NCBI RefSeq assembly: GCF_000181795.1
Contig: NW_003526941.1
Location: 62,001 to 126,000, forward strand
Reading direction: 5' to 3'
DNA length: 64,000 nucleotides
Source: Trichinella spiralis
Lineage: Eukaryota
Part shown: positions 56,844 to 64,000 of the stretch, one piece after another
How positions within the stretch are numbered: position 1 is the first letter of the stretch
Layout of the letters: each line of letters opens with the position of its first letter
Position numbers and translations under genes: made by a program
Notes under the pieces: generated by a model
The model's database searches: none
What the model saw: only the letters and a program-made list of their open reading frames with translations
Told to the model about the DNA's origin: nothing

Positions 56844-59800
56844 TTAATCACTGGACTTGCTGCAAGAACGAAACACATACTTGATGTAAGGGAGCTCAAT
56901 ATCTTCACCATGTTCATCAGTACACATCGTCTCGAGAACAATAGCATTGACATAAGATGGAATTTTTTGCCCAGTAATCGATTCAACCAAATCAGTTACC
57001 CTTGAATAACAAACATATTATTGTCCAATATAATTAACTAATATCAATCCTTATTATTATAAATTTTTAAAAATTATTTGCACTCAATTAAAATTCACTT
57101 CATTCAACATACTTCATGTTCATTCGCTGTTGCTGCTTCGCCAGGGGAAGAAAAAACGAGAACAACATGCTAACTCCTTGAGAAAGCATAGTGACTTCCA
57201 CATTAAATTTTTCCTAAACATGTATTTCACAAAAAAAAATATAGTGCATACAATAATAACATGCAACCACAAATTTCACATCTCCAGTTTTACCTTCATG
57301 TACGACAAAAATTCTTTCAATGTCATTTCTCCTTTCAATTCCAAACAATCCCACAATGTCCATTCTTTATCATAAAACTAGAAATATTAACTCATTTAAG
57401 AAAAAATAATAATAAAGAAACCGCATAATCATTTGCATAATAAATATAATTTCACTTCTTAAATATCAACTGCAAATCTTGAAAACGACTATCATCATCT
57501 AAAAATTTTATATATTACTTTTTTCACTGGTGTTCTGATAGGTTCGGCAAAGCCAAAAAATGGCAAAGCAAGATTCATGAAACTATTCTTGAAACGTTCC
57601 AAATTCGCTTTCTTAGACGAAGAACTGACAATCTTAAATACAAAAGAGACTCTGAGCATATCAATGAAAAGTCAGTCTGTCAGTCTGACTGTTGGTGAAT
57701 CTCTTGGCGTATGCGCATACCTTGTAAAATTCTAAACCAACCAAACCAGCTACTGCAGCCGTAGTTGTAGCAATCGCTGGAATAATGCGACCAGCAATCT
57801 GTTTAGTCTAAATAAGACAAATTTAATGAATGAAAGAAAAAATGTGAAGCAAAAAAGAAAAAAACTAATATACAATACCTTCATAAAGTCAGCTTTTTCA
57901 ATTTTATAATTTTCTGCACGCAAATTGCTTGCCGCTGTTATGAATTCCATATGATGATTGGTATCGTCGTCTTTTTCAAAATCGATCGGTACCAAACGGG
58001 AAGTTTTTTCCGGCTTCAACTTTGCCAACATCAATTGCAAATCTTGAAAACGACTATCATCATCTGAAACGATGGAAAAAAAAACATGGATAATCTTTGC
58101 AAGGTGCAGTGGTGGTGTTCAAAAAACACAAATATTCACCGGATGTCGCTCCAGCAAGTTCAGCCGCTTCTTCGTCCGTTGTTGGAATTTTCAAACCAAT
58201 CTTCGGTTTAAACGGTGGCGGTTTCACTTCAGAAGCCAATTCGACAACTTTATCCATGTCGTCGATCGGCTTCATTGCGTACATTTGGGCACGCAAAAAT
58301 GCACTGGCAAAAATGAACTGTCTATGCTCAGGGTTGGAACTGTCGAAATAAATTGCATGTGGACAACGTTTGCTGCCGGACCAAAATTTCGTTCCAAATG
58401 CGGTCAACTGATCTTCTGGAAAACTGTAAAGCAACTGTTGGATTTGAAAATTAAAATGCTGCTCAAACTGGAGTCGTGCCCAGCGAACACAAGCTTCAAC
58501 TGTTGCTGGACGATCATCCGACAAATAATGATAAACATTTTCAAGCAGTTCAAGCTAAAAAAAATAACAATAATAACACTCATATCTATCAGTGTATATA
58601 ACAACAATTATATATTTGTTTTACTTTCTGAGAATCGTGCATCTTATCAATTCTATCAAAAAAACCCCTCGGATCATCCAAAAATTGATTAGCCAACTCA
58701 GCAGGAATGCTAAACGCTCCTTCGAACAGATCGCGAGCCCACTTGAAAAACAATCAAATTAAAAAACATACACACACACACACACACATAGAGAGAAAGA
58801 AAGAGAAATAATAATTAGAAATACTTGAATTGTATGTTCGATAGTGTTGGGAAAGTTCCGCAACGTGCATATAGGAATAGACTTTTCCGGTGGATCATGA
58901 GAACTACTGTATGATTCAGTTAAAAACGGATAGACCACCTGAGTGCTACCTTTGGGACCTTGAGTACCGGAATCAAGCAAAGGCAGTCGATAATAAACAC
59001 ACCGTCGATCCACATAAGTACCTTTTTAAAAGTAATTAAATTTTTTTTGGAAAAAAAGAAATAAATAATTCAAGACAACAATTGCTTACGAGCTTCAATA
59101 TTATCTAAAGCATTTGCAACACCGTCCAGTTTTTCAAAAAATGCATCATCAAAAATGTTTTCCGTCCCCGTGCCAACTCGTTCGCACATCGCCACTACAT
59201 TCAACTGCGAATTAAAATTTTTCGCCACTTTACCTGCCACTTCAGCCTTTTTAGCCTAAAGTTCAGAAATTTAGAAAAAAAAATTCCACAACACTCACCG
59301 ATCGATGACCGTGATAATTAAAATTTATACTCAAATCAAGCATCCGCAAGCAAATAAATCAACGATTAAAAAAAAATTTTTTTTTCAAATTATAATTACA
59401 GTTAGTTAACTTACTCCAACATCTGATCTACGAAATAAAAACTGGCGATTCAAATTTGACAATTCAATATTATCCATGTCGGTGATTATTAAGCAGCCGT
59501 CTTTTCCACAGGCAACACCCATCATTGCGAAATTTTTCAACAGCTCACAGCCAATTGCTCCAGCGCCCACCTAAATAAAAATAAGAAAAATAAGTTATCA
59601 TAAAATACAAAACATCCAATACTAGAAGGAAAAGTTAATTATTACAATCAACCACTTCTGCTTGGCCAATGCTTCTTGAAAATTCCAACCAAACACAGCC
59701 GCTTGACCGTCGTAACGACTGCCTTGCAGACGACATGCTCCTTCATCGCGCAAACCGTAAGCACTATCTGTTTCTGGCAAACATTCCAGTGAATCAAAAT

Positions 59801-61593
59801 ACAGCCATTGGTGTATAGGTGTAAAAATGCCTGTCACTGCCTGGAAAAAAAAACAATTCTGAAAATCTGCTACGTACACAGATGCAAATATTTTCTACTT
59901 TCATAGCCTCTTGAGCAGCTATTCCTCCAATGAATCCATTCATTGCTACCAAATTTCCAACAGCTTGAAAACTTAGCATCTTGGCTAATCTCGCATCGAC
60001 TTTCTCTAGTTTTATTTTCGCAGGAAGCTGAGTGTTGATTTCCTCACAGTATTGAAGCATTTGCTCGGCGTCAGCCTTAAAAAAATGCATTTTCATTTTT
60101 AAAAATACAACTGACATAATATTCTGACCAAATTCTGCGGTCGTGGTAAGCGCCCTTCTTTTTCGAAAAACATGTGCAAACCTTGCCAAATAACATGCAT
60201 CTGTTGGGGTCGGTCCAATTTAGAATGATCAGAAACTAAAATTTCCGGATCCAGCAACGCTTCATTGAGAGATACCTAAATACAATTTCATATATTAAAG
60301 ATTTGGGCTGATAGTTTTACTTATTTATTCATTTATTTAACTTATACGAATAAAATGGTGCAATTTCTTAATAATATAAAACGCACAAATAAATAAATAA
60401 ATAAATAGACTTACAAATTCCATTTTCACCGGAACTTTCACCGTTTTCGCTTTGCCACCTTCAGTATGCTCAGAATATGTAGAAATATCACCAATATTGA
60501 ATTCCATAGTATCTAAAATAAACCAAAGATCTGAAATACTTGCTTCACGAAAAAAAAGTATACATATATAAACTTACTGATAACTTTCACTTTACGAGGG
60601 GGACAGTCGTTCAGTTCAACCATTCCTTTCACTTCACGAAAAGTAACATAGTCACCGTCTTCCAAATTATGCTTCATATCTTCCAAAACAAAAACATTTC
60701 CAGTTTCCTAACAAATATTAATTTAAAAAAATCAACAATAACTATAAACTTTTATGTATAGAAAAAAAAACCAACTCTGTCAATGTGATTAATAATAACT
60801 TCAGTGCACGGTTCACCATTCGAATCGTCGATAATGTGATTCGAACCAAAATCATTAAACAAAACACCGAACAAGCCGCGGCAATCGGCTGCAATAAATT
60901 TTTTCCCATACTTTCTGGTCCACAAATTAATCTGCTTTTGTTCTGCTAAAGTTGCCTCAGTAATTATGACAAGCTACAATTAAAAAGAAAAAACCACGCT
61001 ATATTTGACAATTCTGCGCTGCTGCTGTGACTGGAAAAGAAACTGAAAAAAAAACTTGCATCGAACTGCTTTACTAAATTTTCATTCAATTCTTCAGTAA
61101 TGCATCCAACAGTAACGCTGTCATTAAGTTCCTCCAAGTGGGGCCACGATTCCACGGCCCGATTTTTCCCCAAACACTGTTCGTTCAAATAGTACTGAAA
61201 CAGTGAAATCAATCTATCATAAAATGTCGCTTAGATACGAAATTGTGCACTAACCTGAGCCGACAAGTCCAACCAAGTTGCAGTTTTCGTATCGTGAATA
61301 GTGACGTGTCGAATACCTCCAAGTATGAGATTTTTAGCAATTTCCACACCAACTCCACCAATGCCACTTATTAAAACGGTTGAAATTCTCAAACGCCGCA
61401 TGGCAACTTCCCCCAAAGCATATCTAATTAGTTCAATAATAATTTATAATAGACCGTTCCAGTCAATTAATTTCACTTACAGTTGACGAAAATACAGCTG
61501 TGGATCAAAAGAGCCCTAACTTTTGATCGCCCCATTACCCATGTCTGTGTTAGAAGATTTTTCAGAATTTCCTTGAATCGGACCTTCAACCAT
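56844..61593 (-). CDS. UBA1: Ubiquitin-activating enzyme E1, multi-exon; in-frame TAG at 61516-61518 near the N-terminus as assembled
   Basis: [56 protein letters not shown], catalytic [26 protein letters not shown], last exon [10 protein letters not shown]...*. Confidence 0.9.
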
Positions 61594-61635
61594 ATCCGTT
61601 CGAGACCTTTGATATCTTAAATATATTTCCAAAAC

Positions 61636-61645
61636 NNNNNNNNNN
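61636..61645. other. Assembly gap (10 N)
   Basis: Run of n characters. Confidence 1.
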
Positions 61646-64000
61646 AAAAATTCTTTAATGTCCTTTCTCCTTTCAATTCCAAACAATCCCACAATGTCCA
61701 TTCTTTATCATAAAACTAGAAATATTAACTCATTTAAGAAAAAATAATAATAAAGAAACCGCATAATCATTTGCATAATAAATATAATTTCACTTCTTAA
61801 ATATCAACTGCAAATCTTGAAAACGACTATCATCATCTAAAAATTTTATATATTACTTTTTTCACTGGTGTTCTGATAGGTTCGGCAAAGCCAAAAAATG
61901 GCAAAGCAAGATTCATGAAACTATTCTTGAAACGTTCCAAATTCGCTTTCTTAGACGAAGAACTGACAATCTTAAATACAAAAGAGACTCTGAGCATATC
62001 AATGAAAAGTCAGTCTGTCAGTCTGACTGTTGGTGAATCTCTTGGCGTATGCGCATACCTTGTAAAATTCTAAACCAACCAAACCAGCTACTGCAGCTGT
62101 AGTTGTAGCAATCGCTGGAATAATGCGACCAGCAATCTGTTTAGTCTAAATAAGACAAATTAAATGAATGAAAGAAAAAATGTGAAGCAAAAAAGAAAAA
62201 AACTAATATACAATACCTTCATAAAGTCAGCTTTTTCAATTTTATAATTTTCTGCACGCAAATTGCTTGCCGCTGTTATGAATTCCATATGATGATTGGT
62301 ATCGTCGTCTTTTTCAAAATCGATCGGTACCAAACGGGAAGTTTTTTCCGGCTTCAACTTTGCCAACATCAATTGCAAATCTTGAAAACGACTATCATCA
62401 TCTGAAACGATGCAAAAAAAAACATGGATAATCTTTGCAAGGTGCAGTGGTGGTGTTCAAAAAACACAAATATTCACCGGATGTCGCTCCAGCAAGTTCA
62501 GCCGCTTCTTCGTCCGTTGTTGGAATTTTCAAACCAATCTTCGGTTTAAACGGTGGCGGTTTCACTTCAGAAGCCAATTCGACAACTTTATCCATGTCGT
62601 CGATCGGCTTCATCGCGTACATTTGGGCACGCAAAAATGCACTGGCAAAAATGAACTGTCTATGCTCAGGGTTGGAACTGTCGAAATAAATTGCATGTGG
62701 ACAACGTTTGCTGCCGGACCAAAATTTCGTTCCAAATGCGGTCAACTGATCTTCTGGAAAACTGTAAAGCAACTGTTGGATTTGAAAATTAAAATGCTGC
62801 TCAAACTGGAGTCGTGCCCAGCGAACACAAGCTTCAACTGTTGCTGGACGATCATCCGACAAATAATGATAAACATTTTCAAGCAGTTCAAGCTAAAAAA
62901 AATAACAATAATAACACTCATATCTATCAGTGTATATAACAACAATTATTATTTGTTTTACTTTCTGAGAATCGTGCATCTTATCAATTCTATCAAAAAA
63001 ACCCCTCGGATCATCCAAAAATTGATTAGCCAACTCAGCAGGAATGCTAAACGCTCCTTCGAACAGATCGCGAGCCCACTTGAAAAACAATCAAATTAAA
63101 AAACATACACACACACACACACATAGAGAGAGAGAGAGAAAAAATAATAATTAGAAATACTTGAATTGTATGTTCGATAGTGTTGGGAAAGTTCCGCAAC
63201 GTGCATATAGGAATAGACTTTTCCGGTGGATCATGAGAACTACTGTATGATTCAGTTAAAAACGGATAGACCACCTGAGTGCTACCTTTGGGACCTTGAG
63301 TACCGGAATCAAGCAAAGGCAGTCGATAATAAACACACCGTCGATCCACATAAGTACCTTTTTAAAAGTAATTAAATTTTTTTTTGGAAAAAAAGAAATA
63401 AATAATTCAAGACAACAATTGCTTACGAGCTTCAATATTATCTAAAGCATTTGCAACACCGTCCAGTTTTTCAAAAAATGCATCATCAAAAATGTTTTCC
63501 GTCCCCGTGCCAACTCGTTCGCACATCGCCACTACATTCAACTGCGAATTAAAATTTTTCGCCACTTTACCTGCCACTTCAGCCTTTTTAGCCTAAAGTT
63601 CAGAAATTTAGAAAAAAAAATTCCACAACACTCACCGATCGATGACCGTGATAATTAAAATTTATACTCAAATCAAGCATCCGCAAGCAAATAAATCAAC
63701 GATTAAAAAAAATTTTTTTTTCAAATTATAATTACAGTTAGTTAACTTACTCCAACATCTGATCTACGAAATAAAAACTGGCGATTCAAATTTGACAATT
63801 CAATATTATCCATGTCGGTGATTATTAAGCAGCCGTCTTTTCCACAGGCAACACCCATCATTGCGAAATTTTTCAACAGCTCACAGCCAATTGCTCCAGC
63901 GCCCACCTAAATAAAAATAAGAAAAATAAGTTATCATAAAATACAAAACATCCAATACTAGAAGGAAAAGTTAATTATTACAATCAACCACTTCTGCTTG
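61646..64000 (-). repeat. Near-identical second copy of UBA1 segment ~57308-59660 (tandem duplicate or unmerged haplotype), runs off window
   Basis: Offset about 4338 bp; exons and introns almost identical apart from a few SNPs and microsatellite length changes; begins immediately after the N-gap. Confidence 0.95.

Overview
AT-rich, intron-dense eukaryotic DNA with short GT-AG introns and TTTCAG/TTTTAG acceptors. It is most consistent with a nematode, and a Trichinella-like clade I species is my inference. Genes I can reconstruct, in order: PP1 catalytic subunit (5' part, -), intronless SPOP (+), intronless GAPDH (-), fumarase (+), PLC-beta-like (-), MRPL42 (+, five small exons, missed by the ORF track), intronless LIPT2 (+), SAFB/SLTM-like (-), FAM50/XAP5 (+), V-ATPase subunit e (-, missed by the ORF track), PACS (-), a two-OB-fold POT1-like gene (-) followed by a decayed BEL/Pao retrotransposon, an Olig-type bHLH (+) and UBA1 (-), with a near-identical partial UBA1 copy after an N-gap. 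The standout observation is that the MRPL42 stop codon and the LIPT2 start codon overlap as TAATG (28755-28759) with no intergenic DNA. This points to a bicistronic mitoribosome/lipoate-synthesis unit, expressed either by termination-reinitiation or by cis- versus trans-splicing at a shared acceptor. Other findings: GAPDH lacks the second active-site Cys (CTTNG), UBA1 has an in-frame TAG near its N-terminus, fumarase has a dual-start layout, and PACS has a GC-AG intron. All gene models were made by eye and no database searches were run.
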